A stretch of DNA of 64,000 bases. Origin: Eledone cirrhosa. Taxonomy: Eukaryota. The stretch's first letter is position 1. Each line of letters begins with the position of its first letter. Position numbers and translations under genes: made by a program. The notes under the pieces are model-generated. The model was not told the DNA's origin, did no database searches, and saw only the letters and a list, made by a program, of their open reading frames with translations. The DNA lies in the NCBI GenBank assembly GCA_964016885.1, contig OZ024756.1, forward strand, positions 16,244,001 to 16,308,000, read 5' to 3'. Positions 27,435-41,559 of the stretch are shown piece after piece.

Positions 27435-27755
27435 ATACAGTACAATGCAGTATAGTACAGTACTGTACTGTACTGTACTGTACAGTATATTACAGTATAA
27501 TATAATACAGTACAGTACAGTATAATGTAATACAGTATAGTACAGTACAGTATAATACATACTGTACTGTATAGTACAGTACAGTACAATATAGTATAGT
27601 ACAATACAGTACAGTACTGCACAGTATATTACAGCTGAGTGAAACAGCGCAGGACTCATTCTTGTTATCACCACAATACAATGTAATACAATATAGTACA
27701 GTACAGCACAGTATAGTACAATATAGTATAATACAGTATAGTATAGTACAGTACA
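27435..27755. repeat. (TACAG/TATAG)n pentamer tract
   Basis: Directly visible. Confidence 0.9.
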
Positions 27756-28092
27756 CAGAATTACACATACACACATATATGTATGTGTTTTTATATATAT
27801 ATGTGTGTGTGTGTTTATATTTATTTATTTATATATATGTGCGTGCGTGTGTGTGTGTGTGTATGTGTATATTTATTTATATTTATATTTATATATATAT
27901 ATATATATGAAAAAAGAGTCCCGCATGGCTAAAAACATGAAGGAATGAAGAATATGGGTGAAGACAAGAAAATGGATACAGAAGATCCCATCTCATGAGT
28001 CAACTGGGAAACAAGGTATCTCTAGTGGTCGAATGATAAGGTGGGACTGTCTGTATTTGTACATTTTCCTCTCTTCGTCCATATTTTTTATT

Positions 28093-28148
<56 letters not shown>

Positions 28149-28400
28149 TCTCACATGTGTATGTGTGTCACAATGTATACAGATATAAGAAAAAAGTACT
28201 CAATACATGGCCCAAACCCCAGGACTTACAAATATGTACAGCATGCAAAAGATAGCACTACTAGGCATTGCACACATATTATGAAAAGTACTATAAGTGC
28301 AATAGGAACAACATAAGCAAAAACTGCACTGCACATACCCAAGGTACACAGAGCCGTGCTCGGTAAAGCAGTAATGATGCGCAATAAAAATTGTAATGGA

Positions 28401-28432
<32 letters not shown>

Positions 28433-29359
28433 CAACAACAACAGCAAATAAAAGCAGTATTTTCTCTGCTGTTTACTTCAAGTTTCATGTCATTTCTTCT
28501 TCAAAATAAATTGATGTCATTATTTGAAACTTAGGAAGTTGGTAGAGCATCAGGCACCATGTTTTGTGGCATAGAGTTATGTACTTTTACGTTCTGAGTT
28601 CAGAGGTTGATAAAATAAAGTACCAGTCACACACTGGGGTCGATTTAATTGACTTTCCCTCTTCTTTGAATTGCGGGCTTTGTGCCTAAAGTAGAAACAA
28701 TTATTTGCAACTCAGACTGATTCAATTCTAAAGATTTGGTCACACTGAGTCTTATAAAATATGAAGGTTCTAACATCTACAAACGTTGAATAGGATATTT
28801 GTAAGGAAGTAAATGGGAAGACAAGGCGAAAAACCAAACAATGATGTATATATATCATCATCATCATCATCATCATTTTACGTCCGCTTTTCCCTGCTTG
28901 CAAGGGTGGGATGGGAACTGATATATATATACACATATATATATACATATGTATGTATGTATGTGTATATATATAATAAGCAAGACATTTAAAAACAAGG
29001 TTGAATTTTTACACTGTTTTGTCTTCAAGTACATTTATAATACAGTAGATAGACATATATGTGTGTATATATACTTCAGTAGAGATGTACTTATAAGACT
29101 CATTAGAGAAAAATTGTCTTTAAAGATGTTGCTGGAGGGAAAGTCCAATCTGTACGACAGCAAATCGAGGCTACACACTTATGGTACATTTATTCTTTAA
29201 GAATGCTTGGAGACACAAAAATACATCTCCATTCATTCCGGCCATTTTAAATAAATATTTTTCCCAACAAAATATAAATACATCTAAACCCATGCTAGCG
29301 TGGAAGATAAACGTTAAACGATGATGATGATATACACACACACACATATATATATATAT

Positions 29360-29405
<46 letters not shown>

Positions 29406-29438
29406 CGCACATACACATATATATAATAGATATGTATG

Positions 29439-29481
<43 letters not shown>

Positions 29482-30014
29482 TAATAATAAAAAGGACGAT
29501 TTGTTAGATCTTCATTACATTTATTGAGTAGTGACACATGTTTCACAACTGATCAGCTCAAGGTTCGATCTGTATCGATCTGGCCTGACTCTGGAATCAA
29601 AAGCTCATTGGACTTCTACTATGGTAATGATGGAATGAACCTCTTATGTGTGTGTATATGTATGTAAAAGGTAAACAGAAATAACAAAAAACAAATGGCA
29701 TGGAAGAAATATATTAGTTTAATGCTTAAAATAGCAGGAAGAGAGTCTTAATGTTTCAGACGCTAGTCCTTCATTAGAAGATAAATAGAAAGTAAAAAGT
29801 GATGCGACGAACGGGGGAAAAAAATGATGAATGACATCAATTAATTTGAATAAAGGATAACATGAAACTTGATGGAAATAGCTATAAAAACTTTGGTTTT
29901 ACATGGTGTTTTATGTATATATATATATATATAGATGTATACATATATTTATTGTATACATTTTGGGGGGACATATGTGTACATGTATATATTATGTATC
30001 TATATCTTCTCATA

Positions 30015-33000
30015 TCTGAGGGTCGGGAGTCATGGACTTATGGACCAGCACTCTCCATCTTTTGCCATTGCCATACATTCCACCAAACTCCTTCCCATCC
30101 ATTCCTTAATATCATCTGACCATCTCCTTTTCTGTTGGTTCCTGGCCCTTTTCTCCTGTATTTGTCCCTCAAGGTAGTCAAATTTTTGGCCCTGATGACG
30201 TGACCAAAATACTGAGGTTTCCTTTTCCTTACTGTTTCAACCAACTGTCGATTGGCACCAATCTCTTCTAGGACAGATTCATTTGTTCTTTGAGCTGTCC
30301 AGCTAATTCTAAGTGCACACCTATAACATGATATTTCAAATGCACTCAGTCGTTTCAAGTTAGATGCCTTTAAAGTCCATGACTGACAAACATATAGAGC
30401 TACTGGCCACACTAATGTTTTGATTACTTTCTTTTTGTTGGACTTTGTAAGAACTCTATCCTTCCAAAGGCTGCTGAGTGTTCTCAGGGCTGTTCTTGCA
30501 GTTGCTAGTCATGCCCTTATTTCCAAACTTCCCTCTGCCGACTGCTCAAGTATTGAACTAAAATATTTAAACTTTTTCACTTGATCTCCAGACTATATTC
30601 CCTTGAAATTCTGTAAACCTTATCCAGCAGTGTTTGTAATGAGCACTATATTGTCAGCATACCGCAGGTTGTTGATCTCTTTCCCACCAACAGTCACCCC
30701 AATCCAGGAAAGCATATCTACTGACTTTCTCATCACCTCCTCAGAGTAAAGATTGACTGCCAAAGGCGACACCAGGCATCCCTGTCAAACTCCTCTGTTT
30801 ACAGTGAACCATTCTCACTGCAGCTTCTTGCTCGTCATACAGATTCTTTAATAATTTTACCGTTGTGCCATTCACTCCCATCTTCTTCAATACGTTCCAA
30901 AGCGTTGAATGTAATACAGAGACAAAGGCACATTAAGCTCCTTTACTTTTTCCATGATAATTCTGATATTGATAATCTGATCCCTGGTTCCCACCTTCCT
31001 TCTGAAACCCATTTGTTCATCCACACACTGTTCTTCTATTGATCTCTGCATTCTCTCTAGGAGGATCTTGCTAATGAGAGCGATTCTACGGTGTTCTGTG
31101 CATTTCGTTGTTCCAGTGATCTTTGGTATGGGAATAAAAACTGCTTTCTTCCAATTGGCAGGCCACTCACCTGTTTCTACAATTCTATTGCATAGTTGAC
31201 ACAATATCTTAATCATTGTTTTGTTGTCTGTCTTTAAAAGCTCTGCAGGCAGGTCATCGATACCCAGTTTTATTGATAAGCATCCTATTCAAAGACTCCC
31301 TGACTTCTGATTCCAAAATGGATGGACATTCTTCCCCTTCCACATCTACTTGTTGGTTAGTCACCTCCCCATCCTCCTCATATAAACTTTCACTAGCCTC
31401 CTTCCACCTTTTAAGAATGTCCTGAAGGTCAGTCAACACCTTTCCTTCATCATCCCCCAATGTTTCTTTGTTTTGTATGGAAGCCCTTTTTTAGTGACTT
31501 TATTATGACACTATGCCTTCCATATATTATGTTTCTGCAATGCCTCCTCAACATCATCACATTGCTCCATCAACCATCTTGCCTTTTCCTGTCTAGCTCC
31601 CTTCTCTACTGCTTTATCCAATTCCTGGTACTTTGCTTCATTAAACTCGGAAGTAGCCCTGATGTGTTTGAGCTTTTTGCTGTCGTCCATCAGATGGAGA
31701 GTGGCTTTAGAGGTCCACATTTCCTCTTCTTTCTGGCTCAATACACTTCCTCCGCTGTTGTCTTTGTCTCCTTCATTGTCGTAAACAGCTCTTCTGGTGT
31801 TCTCTCTTCTTGAAGTAGTTGGAGTGCTTCAAATTTATTGCTTTCTTCTAGGTGGTATCTCCGCCTCACCCCCAAGTTCTCCAGCAAGCCAAGATTAAGC
31901 TGTGGGCTCTTTTTTTCTTTCCTTTCTCTTCTGATTTTAAGCATGGTTGTTGCTCCCACCAGGTTGTGGTCAGATCCACAGTCTATCTCAGGGTAGGCTC
32001 TGGTGTTTGTGGCACAACTCAGACTACATTTTGATAAAGAGGAGATGGCTATCTGGTTCTTGCATCTTGCCCCAGGGGACAGCCAGGTGTACCTTCACCT
32101 CACATGGTGATTAAAAGTCATGTTCATTATGAAAAGGTCATTGTCGTGGCAAAAATTAATTAGTCCACACACCGCAGTATCCCCCGATTTCAACTTAATA
32201 TTGAAATCCCTTGCCACCATCACAATATCCTAACTGTGGCATTTCTGCAACATTTCTTCTATCGACTTGTAGAAGACCTTTACCTTTTATTCATCTAGAT
32301 CTGCTGTAGGTGAGTAGAACTGAATAAAGGACAGGTTGATTGGTCCTGCTTTAATGCGGAGGACATTCAATACTCTATTATTAACTGGATTGGCAGTATC
32401 CATAGAGGATCGGACGCCATGTTTTGCAACATAGTTATGGCCCTTTACGGTCCGAGTTCAAATCCTGCCGAGGTTAACTTCGCCTTTCATCCATACAGGG
32501 TCGATAAAATAAAGTACCAGTAATGCACTGGGGTAATTGCTGGCCTTGTGCCAAAAGTAGAAACGATTATTATTTGGTTGGTAGGACAGTATGCTGTGCG
32601 ATGCCTCTTTTGTGAGAATGACTTTTACCCCCATTCTGTGTCTGTCTCCTCCTAATCACCAGCTCTCCTTCAGCGCTAGTGAAATGCCCTGATCCTGTCC
32701 AATGTGTTTCAGCAATGCCCAAGATATCAATGTTGCAGCACCTCATCTCTCGAGTTACGCTAGCCCAGTTTCCCTGTTTGATATATTGTTTGCACATTCC
32801 ACGTGCATACACAACTTTGTGGAAGGTGATCTGGTCTCAGGGCCCCTCCATGCTCGTCAACAACGGACCTCCCTGAGGGGTTTAAATCCGTGTCATCATA
32901 AACAGACACTAAGTTTCCCATGGACTGATCCACATCTTCCCCAGTGGCCACTAGGACAGTATCCTCCTTGGAAGGACCGAGGGTGTCGCCAATCTCTTAT

Positions 33001-33220
33001 TCCTTGTGTTGCTCTAATTCCATTAAGTCCATAACTCTCATCGGGGTGGAAAAGTCAGTGGGCCTCCTCCGACCCTCACACAATTTAGCTGGCAGAACGG
33101 TGAGGCCATCACTGTCTAGGCAACTACCTGGAGTCATGTGTGAGGGTTGAGTATAGGGTGTGGACCAGAGCAGTTCATCCAACATATGGTGCGGTCGAGT
33201 CACTACTAAGGTTCTACCAC
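30015..33220 (-). mobile_element. Near full-length decayed RTE-clade LINE (APE endonuclease + RT), interrupted by SINE B
   Basis: CTWNVQT, DILGIAETHWTGSG (APE); WPANWKKAVFIPIPK, EQMGFRRKVGTRDQI (RT); LSAFEISCYRCALRISW, YFGHVIRA (C-terminus); many frameshifts. Confidence 0.9.
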
Positions 33221-33664
33221 TATGTATGTATATATATGTGTGTATGTATATGTGTATATATATATGTATATGTATATATATGTGTATATGTATATGTGTG
33301 TATGGATATATGTATATATATATGTGTGTATGTATATATGTATATATATATGTGTGTATGTATATATGTATATATATATGTGTGTATGTATATATGTATA
33401 TATATATGTGTGTATGTATATATATATGTGTATATATATATGTGTATGTATGTATATATATGTGTGTATGTATATATATATATGTGTGTATGTATATATA
33501 TATATGTGTGTATGTATGTATATATATGTATGTATGTATGTAGATATATATATGTGTGTATGTATATATATATGTGTATGTATATATATGTGTGTATGTA
33601 TGTATATATATGTGTGTATGTATGTATATATATATGTGTATGTATATATATATATATGTATACA

Positions 33665-34915
33665 CAAGGTACGGACGATATCTGTTCGCAAGATTACTGT
33701 CTAGGAAAAAATAACACAGTAGTTTTATTTTTTAAGATTTATTTATCAAACTTTGGTCAGTTTATCTTCATGACTTGTTCTTTCGATCTCACTCAATAAA
33801 CCCGCCATTGGCTTTGATGATGGCCTCAAGGTGGCCTCGGAACCGGCTACAGGCACTTGTGATCCTGGCCTTCAGATCCCCTTTTGAATTGCAGCTAGAT
33901 CTGTTGGTGTCTCGTTCCACTGCGCCCCACACAAATAAGTCGAGGGGGTTGCAGTCAGGTGAGCTGAGAGGCCAGATGTCAGGTGAAGTGTGGTCAACGA
34001 AGTTCTCTGACAACCAGGCTTGGGTCTTTCAGCTGGTATGGCAGGGCTCTGAGTCTTGCTGCTACACGTACGGCCTACCTGCAGCTTCCTGGTCGATCCA
34101 GAGCTTTACTACCTCACTCAGAACGCGGATGTAGCCATCAGTGTTCAGCTTGAGGCTCTCAGGGAAGAAGTAAGGTAGCATATGTCACCTTGACTGCTGA
34201 CGACACCTAAGACCAATGTTGTCACTGGAAACTTTGTCTGCATGACTCTGGGCACGTCTATGGATGAGACAGCGAGCCACCTGTTGTTCTGGGAGTTGAT
34301 CTGGTCTTGGCAGAAGTTTTTCTCGTCGGAGAAAAACCACAGCATGTCTGGCTCCAGTGGGTGTTTCAACTTGTTGATCAGCTTCTTTACGTGCTTCAGT
34401 CGCTTTTCTTGCATCGCCTTTGACAGAAATTGTCCTTTCCTCATAGCGAATGTCTTCATGTACCACCAGCCTAATGAGCTTTTCATCCACACCTTTCTCC
34501 CTTGCAATGGCATGCATCGACTTGCTAGGTTCATTGTTGATGATATCCTGAACTTCAGCGACGAACTCAGGCATTCTGAAGGCATCAGATCGTCGATTAT
34601 GTATTTTCTTCTCTGATTTTGCTTCGTAGTCGAATCCTGAATCTTCCAGTTCCTTTCTGACCTTTTCCACCATTCTCCTGTTGACACTGAGAAAGTCTGA
34701 AATTTCCTTATTTGTCCTCCCGGCGCGGATTCCAAGAAGAACTCCGTGTCTCTTCCACAAATTTGCAGGTTCAAAATTATTCATAATCAATTATTCTGAA
34801 AATAAATAATGGAAATATAGTCAGTTTTTATGAAGACAAGAGTTACAACGGAAGTAAAAAAAATTTGCATAAAATTAGCAGTTGAAAATTGCGAACAAAT
34901 ATCGTCCACACCCTG
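33665..34915 (-). mobile_element. Decayed Tc1/mariner-superfamily DD37D (maT) transposon
   Basis: TIRs caaggtacggacgatatctgttcgcaa / ttgcgaacaaatatcgtccacaccctg; WFFSDEKNF, QQDSEPCHT and WPLSSPDCNPLD, with 37 codons counted between the 2nd and 3rd Asp; stops and frameshifts. Confidence 0.88.
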
Positions 34916-35291
34916 TATGTGTATGTATGTATATATATTTGTGTATGTATGTATGTATATATATATGTATTTGTCTATATATATATATGTGTATATATAT
35001 ATCATCACCATCATTTATCGTCCATCTTCCACGCTAGCATGGGTTAGACGGGAATTGTGCCATTTGATGTAAGATTGGTTGGGTGACCGTGTCTCACTCG
35101 TATAGGACTATCCAACTATGGTTGGATGCTCTTCCTATCACCAACCACATTTAAAGTATAGACTGGGAGCTTTTTACCGTGTTACCTACACAGCCACATT
35201 ACAGCGTCGACTGCGGTTTTTTTTTTCCTCTCCCTTTTCTTTTTCCCTTCCCTCTTTCCTTCTTTTTTATATATATATGTATGTGTGTATG

Positions 35292-35348
<57 letters not shown>

Positions 35349-35914
35349 GCATGTGTGTATCTGTTTAGATAACATTGCTGCCTTAACAAAATCCATGTCT
35401 TATCCCATAGTGACCTTTAGACAACAACAACAACAACAATTGTACACACACATGCACATACATATATATATATATATATAGTTATACTATACTACACAGT
35501 GATATATAAATATATTTATACTATACTATACAGCGATATATTTACAATTATGTCAATAGGCGAATAATATTCGTAATAATAAGAAGAATAGTAATAATAA
35601 GCACTGCACATATACTATGTAAAGTACTTTTAATTTAACAGAAACATCATAACACTGCACATGCCCAAGACACAAAGCTGTGCTCAGTAATATAGTGATA
35701 ACAAGCAATGAAAATATAACTAATGATAATAACAACAACAATAATGCTATTTTCTTTGTGGGTACAAGATGGAGATCAGCATTTATAAAATTGAAAAAAA
35801 AAAAATGAAAAATAAATATAAATTAATTCAAAAGTTAAAGTGTTTTCTTTTGCTCCATCACTTGTTGTACTTGTAGCTGCAGAGACTTCTGGTGTTCTTG
35901 GCCCTTCTTAGGGT

Positions 35915-36700
35915 AAAGGGTAAAGAACCCTTTCCGTCACGATTGACTAAGGGATTTGCACCTCAAAAGATTCCTTCCCAGGCACAAGTCTGGGTAAGGT
36001 TGTTTGTGGAAGACCAGTAGTCGCCCATGTATACCAGCTTCCCCTTTCTACACCACTGATGTTAGACAAGAGAAAGGCTAAGGCCGATACAGCTTGGCAC
36101 CAGTGATGTCACAACATACTCTATATATACGCTATATAGAATATAGAATGGAGGCACATGGCATAGTGGTTAGAGCATTGGCCTTGCAATCGAAAAGTTG
36201 TGAGTTCAATTCTCAGACTGGGTGATGTGTTGTTTCCTTGAGCAAGACACTTTATTTCACATTGTTCCAGTTTACTCAGCTGTAGAAATGAGATGATAGA
36301 GATTGGGGTCCCTATCATTCCACTGCAAAGTAGTCGTGGAGGTGCCACGGCAAAAAAGCACCCAGCACTCACTGTAAATGAGGTTGGTGTTAGGAAGGGC
36401 ATCCAGCTGTAGAAATCAAGCCAGAATCAGTTCCCGTCCCACCCTTGCAAGCAGGGAAAAGGGGACGTAAAATGAAATGATGAATGATGATGATGAGAAT
36501 GTTGTCCAAGGGAAAGGCAATGGCCGATACAGCTTGGCACCAGTGACGTCACAACTCATTTCTACAGCTGAGTGAACTGGAGCAACATGAAAATAAAGTG
36601 TCTTGCTCAAGAACACAACGCAAAGCCCAGTTCAAGAATCGAACTCAACCTCACAATTGTAAGCCTGACGCTCTAACCACTATGCCAAACACCTTCATTG
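35915..36700. mobile_element. Nested SINE cluster (family A + copy 36150-36495 between - strand SINE pieces)
   Basis: ggccgatacagcttggcaccagtga occurs on both sides; tRNA-like head on - at about 36640-36695. Confidence 0.72.
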
Positions 36701-36847
36701 GTCCCCTTAACACCTCACTGTTAATAGGGTAGTGTTGGCCACACCACAGGAGTGAACTGAAATGGATTTTTCATCATGTCTTCCTCCCTCCCTCTGGGGT
36801 AATGTTTTCTCTATTCTCTACCCTGGGACCACTCAGCAGTTTCCCCT

Positions 36848-38032
36848 TGGGGTTCTGTACACCAGAGAGTACTCACCCACATTGTCTAGCCCCAGGGGTT
36901 CTATATACCAGAGAGTACTCACCCACATTGTCTAGCCCCAGGGGTTCTATATACCAGAGAGTACTCACCCACATTGTCTAGCCCCAGGGGTTCTATATAC
37001 CAGAGAGTATCCATCCACATTGTCTAGCCCCAGGGGTTCTATATACCAGAGAGTACTCACCCACATTGTCTAGCCCCAGGGGTTCTATATACCAGAGAGT
37101 ATCCATCCACATTGTCTAGCCCCAGGGGTTCTATATACCAGAGAGTACTCACCCACATTGTCTAGCCCCAGGGGTTCTATATACCAGAGAGTATCCATCC
37201 ACATTGTCTAGCCCCAGGGGTTCTATATACCAGAGAGTACTCACCCACATTGTCTAGCCCCAGGGGTTCTATATACCAGAGAGTATCCATCCACATTGTC
37301 TAGCCCCAGGGGTTCTATATACCAGAGAGTACTCATCCACATTGTCTAGCCCCAGGGGTTCTATATACCAAAGAGTATCCATCCACATTGTCTAGCCCCA
37401 GGGGTTCTATATACCAGAGAGTACTCACCCACATTGTCTAGCCCCAGGGGTTCTATATACCAGAGAGTATCCATCCACATTGTCTAGCCCCAGGGGTTCT
37501 ATATACCAGAGAGTACTCACCCACATTGTCTAACCCCTGAGATTCTGTATACCAGAGAGTATCCATCCACATTGTCTAGCCCCAGGGGTTCTATATACCA
37601 GAGGGTATTCACCCACGTCCAACCCCTGCGGTTCTGTACACCAAAGAGTACTCACCCACATTGTCTAACCCCTGGGTTCTGAACACTAGAGAGTACTCAC
37701 CCTCATTGTCTAACCCCTGGGGTTCTGAACACTAGAGAGTACTCATCCACATTGTCTAACCCCTGGGGTTCTGAACACTAGAGAGTACTCACCCTCATTG
37801 TCTAACCCCTGGGGTTCTGAACACTAGAGAATACTCACCCTCATTGTCTAACCCCTGGGGTTCTGAACACTAGAGAGTACTCACCCTCATTGTCTAACCC
37901 CTGGGGTTCTGAACACTAGAGAGTACTCACCCTCATTGTCTAACCCCTGGGGTTATGAACACCAGAGAGTACTCACCCACATTGTCTAACCCCTGGGTTC
38001 TGAACCCTAGAGAGTACTCACCCTCATTGTCC
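36848..38032. repeat. 46-bp minisatellite, about 25 copies, two variant domains
   Basis: Unit ggggttctatataccagagagtactcacccacattgtctagcccca, shifting to ggggttctgaacactagagagtactcaccctcattgtctaacccct. Confidence 0.95.
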
Positions 38033-38185
38033 AATCAATGAGGAGTGGTCCAATGTTGTATTCTTTGCCTGGCAATGATTCAGTATTCATTCTCAGGTTT
38101 TATAAAATATTTCAATCACCATAAAATATGTTTCATGTCGGTGTGTATATATATGTGTGGAGGGGAATCGTATGGTCTTCGAGAA

Positions 38186-38367
38186 CTGGCATGTCAAACA
38201 TGTGGCCCTTTAAAAGCACACCTGCGGCCCGCACAATGGTTTTTACAGCGTGAGCATGTTTTATCTTCGTAAGATAAAATTTAAAAATATTAGTTGTAAT
38301 GCACGCAATTAGTTGTCATGTGTGGCCCTCAGGCAACACATGTGTGGCCCTCAGTTTGACATGCCTG
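38186..38367. mobile_element. hAT-type MITE
   Basis: TIRs ctggcatgtcaaac / gtttgacatgcctg; flanks ttcgagaa / ttctagaa. Confidence 0.75.
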
Positions 38368-38489
38368 TTCTAGAACATCTTCCAGAGTAACATTACTGTC
38401 CAGTTACAACAGCAGTAGCAACAACAGCATTCTGGTATGTCTTCACATTCAAGAATTAAATATCCTTTCTGCATCTATCAGTTGCTAGA

Positions 38490-38800
38490 TCCACCTGCCA
38501 GACATTCTAAACCTTTCTGTCAGACATCCTAGAACCACCTGCCAGTCATCTTAAACCCTCCTGCGAGACATGCTAAACCTCCCTGCCAGCTATCCTAAAC
38601 CTTCCTGCCAGACATCCTAGAACCATCTGTCAGACATCTTAAACCCTCCTGCGAGACATGCTAAACCTTCCTGCCAGACATCCTAGAACCACCTGCCAGA
38701 CATCTTAAACCTCCCTGCCAGATATCCTAAACCTTCCTGCCAGACACTCTAGACCCACCGCCAGACATTTTAGACCTTCCTGCCAGACACTCTAGACCTT
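38490..38800. repeat. Diverged about 21-bp tandem repeat
   Basis: Unit cctgccagacatcctaaacct. Confidence 0.8.
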
Positions 38801-39771
38801 TCTGTGTGTGTATTTACTTTTCTGTCTGGATATGTGTTTATCTCCTGTTCAGCAAATAGATATCGATAAAATAATTGTGAGGCGGTGTTAGTTCAAGCCA
38901 GCATCGATCCCCATGAAGGAAAACCTGCATTTCATGTCATCCCAGTTACGTTGGACATTTGTATACTGGGGGATAGAGAGGCTTCCGGGAATAAAGCCTG
39001 CACCAGCTCTAGTGTCACGTCAGGCCCGGCCATCTTGCTGAGAAGCTCGTTGATGAGGGTGACTGGAGGAGATTCAGGAGAGGTAGACCGACAGTGCCAG
39101 ATCCGAAGCGGATCGGAGGCTGAGGCCACTGAACATCACTGGAAGCTTCACCTGTTGCCAGCCGGCGCTGTCGAAACTAACATTGCAGATATGAGTTCTG
39201 CACAGCGTCGGATTGTTATGTGCGTGAGGGTGGCAAGGCACACCTTGCAGCATGAACAAGAATTTGGGAGGAAGAGCACCGGATACGCGTCAATGAGGCG
39301 CCGCTTCTCCACCATTCTCAACAAGTGCTTGGTCTCTAGGCTCTCTCATATGGCTTTTGAGAGAACTGGGAGCCAAGAATGCAGGCGGCGCTTTGGGGCG
39401 TAAGCCGAGCCCTGGACGCTGAGTACGGCGTTGTGGAATTCAGATAACGTTTATCCCCTCAGACTTGGATGGGTTGACTTCGAATCCGAGGAACTTTAGA
39501 GCTGGGATGGTTAAACGAAGGTCTTCAACTACTGTCTCAGCCGAGCCATCCAGGGTCGCGTAGTCCAGGTATCAGACGTATGATCTAAGGGAAGCTACTC
39601 AACTTTTACTTACCTCCCTTTGCGTACGACGAAGTAACAGCATGTCTGCAATTTCCAGCCGACTGATTTTACTCTTATATCGCAACTAGCCAACTTCATA
39701 TTTTGAATAGCCACTCCAACTCGCGGGGCTCACACCTGCTGCAAAGACAAAATTAACTTTACTACTTAGAC

Positions 39772-39932
39772 CAGTGGGTCTCAACCTTTTTTTTTGCCAA
39801 CGGCACACCTTGGAACACATGAAAAAATAGTAGCGACACACCTGGCTAAATATATATGAAAAATATTTGAATTTTACAAAATAAAAACACGGCGAAAATA
39901 AAATTTCGCGGCACACTAGTTGAGAATCACTG
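39772..39932. mobile_element. hAT-type MITE, 161 bp
   Basis: TIRs cagtgggtctcaac / gttgagaatcactg; perfect 8-bp TSD acttagac. Confidence 0.88.
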
Positions 39933-40759
39933 ACTTAGACACTCCCCTTTCATACATGTATCCACTTCACCCATATTGACTCCACTTCTCCAGTCTCATA
40001 CAGGATATCCTTATGATAATGGTTTCTGATTCAGGCACAAGGCGGAAAGGAGAAAGTCGATTAAATCATATAGGGCATATACTTAATTTATCCTGATAAT
40101 AATGGTAACTTGAAGCGAAGTTTTTGGTTGTTGTGGAAGAAGATGATAAACACGAGAAAAACCAATAATTCTGGTTGAATATATAACTTCATTTCACTTC
40201 AGCAAAAAGGAAAAAATATGATTACTTGGAATCATAAATATAAAGTTTGATTGTAGTATTCACAAATGAATATAGTGTTCAAAAAGGCTTCTGTATTGTA
40301 CTGGAGAATCTTTGTTTAATATGCAATGTCCGATTAAAAAAACAAGTGGTATTCAGACAGTATGTACCAGCAGAGGTAATAGTAAGCTCGCAGTGGCAAG
40401 GAAGTTGTGTTGTTTATATAAAGAGGCAGACGACTGGATGGAAGACTTGATGTTGGGCCCTTGTTGAAAGGGCCGAAGTTTATTTTGCTAAGTGCTACAT
40501 CTCGCCAATTGCTTGAGCAACTCGAAGTGATCCTTCTCTTCTGAGAAACCAGAGTGGAATGACCTAAAGAAAAACTTATCTCGTTTAACCCAAACCACTG
40601 ACGCCAACCCGAGGTAAAGAGAAATAGCAGCCAAATGTTATTCGGTGGTCAGTTCATGCGAATAGATTCTGTTACAAGCTAACCTCTAACAATCACTAAA
40701 TTAAATCTACTGTGGTTCAAACATTACAAATAATTAACTCCATAAAAATATAGTCCACA

Positions 40760-41010
40760 CATCTTAATTCGTCTTCTTCTTGAGAGGGTAGTGGAGGCAG
40801 AGTCCTCAAACACTCCTTCCAGCGGGTCCTGTCAGAAGCAACCGTCTCCAACTTATCCGGCTGGATCCTCAAGCGTGACCAGCCAAACTCATGGATGTTA
40901 TCCAACCATCTTGCTCGGGGTCTACCCCTGGGTCTCACACCTATTGGTTTCGCCTGTAAAATCTGTCCAGCGATTCTTTCCTGAGACATTCTAATTACAT
41001 GTCCATAGTA
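40760..41010 (-). mobile_element. RTE LINE 3' fragment
   Basis: YGHVIRMSQERIAGQIL...GVRPRGRPRARWLDNI. Confidence 0.78.
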
Positions 41011-41559
41011 TCAATTAAATTATCAATTTGTCTTTACTATAAATTAATTATTCAATATCTTATACTTGAGACTTTAGACTTTTATCTTTCCTCATGACAA
41101 TCAAATTTATTGCTACCCAGAAACTCTAATAGTTGCTTACAATATCTAATCTTATTTTCACAATGAAATAATCTTAGCAGGTTAATTAATGCATAATGTT
41201 AATCAGTAAAACAAAGACTTCGTTTGAATTCGTTCAAGTGTGTTTGTTAAGACAATTTAAATACGAACACTTGAAGCGTCTATGAATAATCGGAAGAAGA
41301 TAAAATTCACAAAAGAAATAATAATAATTGTTTCTACTTTAGGCATAAGACCAGCAATTTGAAGGGGAGGGGAAACTCGATTAAATTGACACTAGTGCAT
41401 TACTGGTACTTTATCGACCCCGTAAGGATGAAAGGCAAAGTTAAGCTCGGCGGGATTTGAACTGAGAAAGCAAAGGACCATAACTCTATGTTGCAAAGTA
41501 AGGTTTCTGACGCTCTATCGATACTGTCAATCCACCGCCCTAATAATAATAATAATGAT

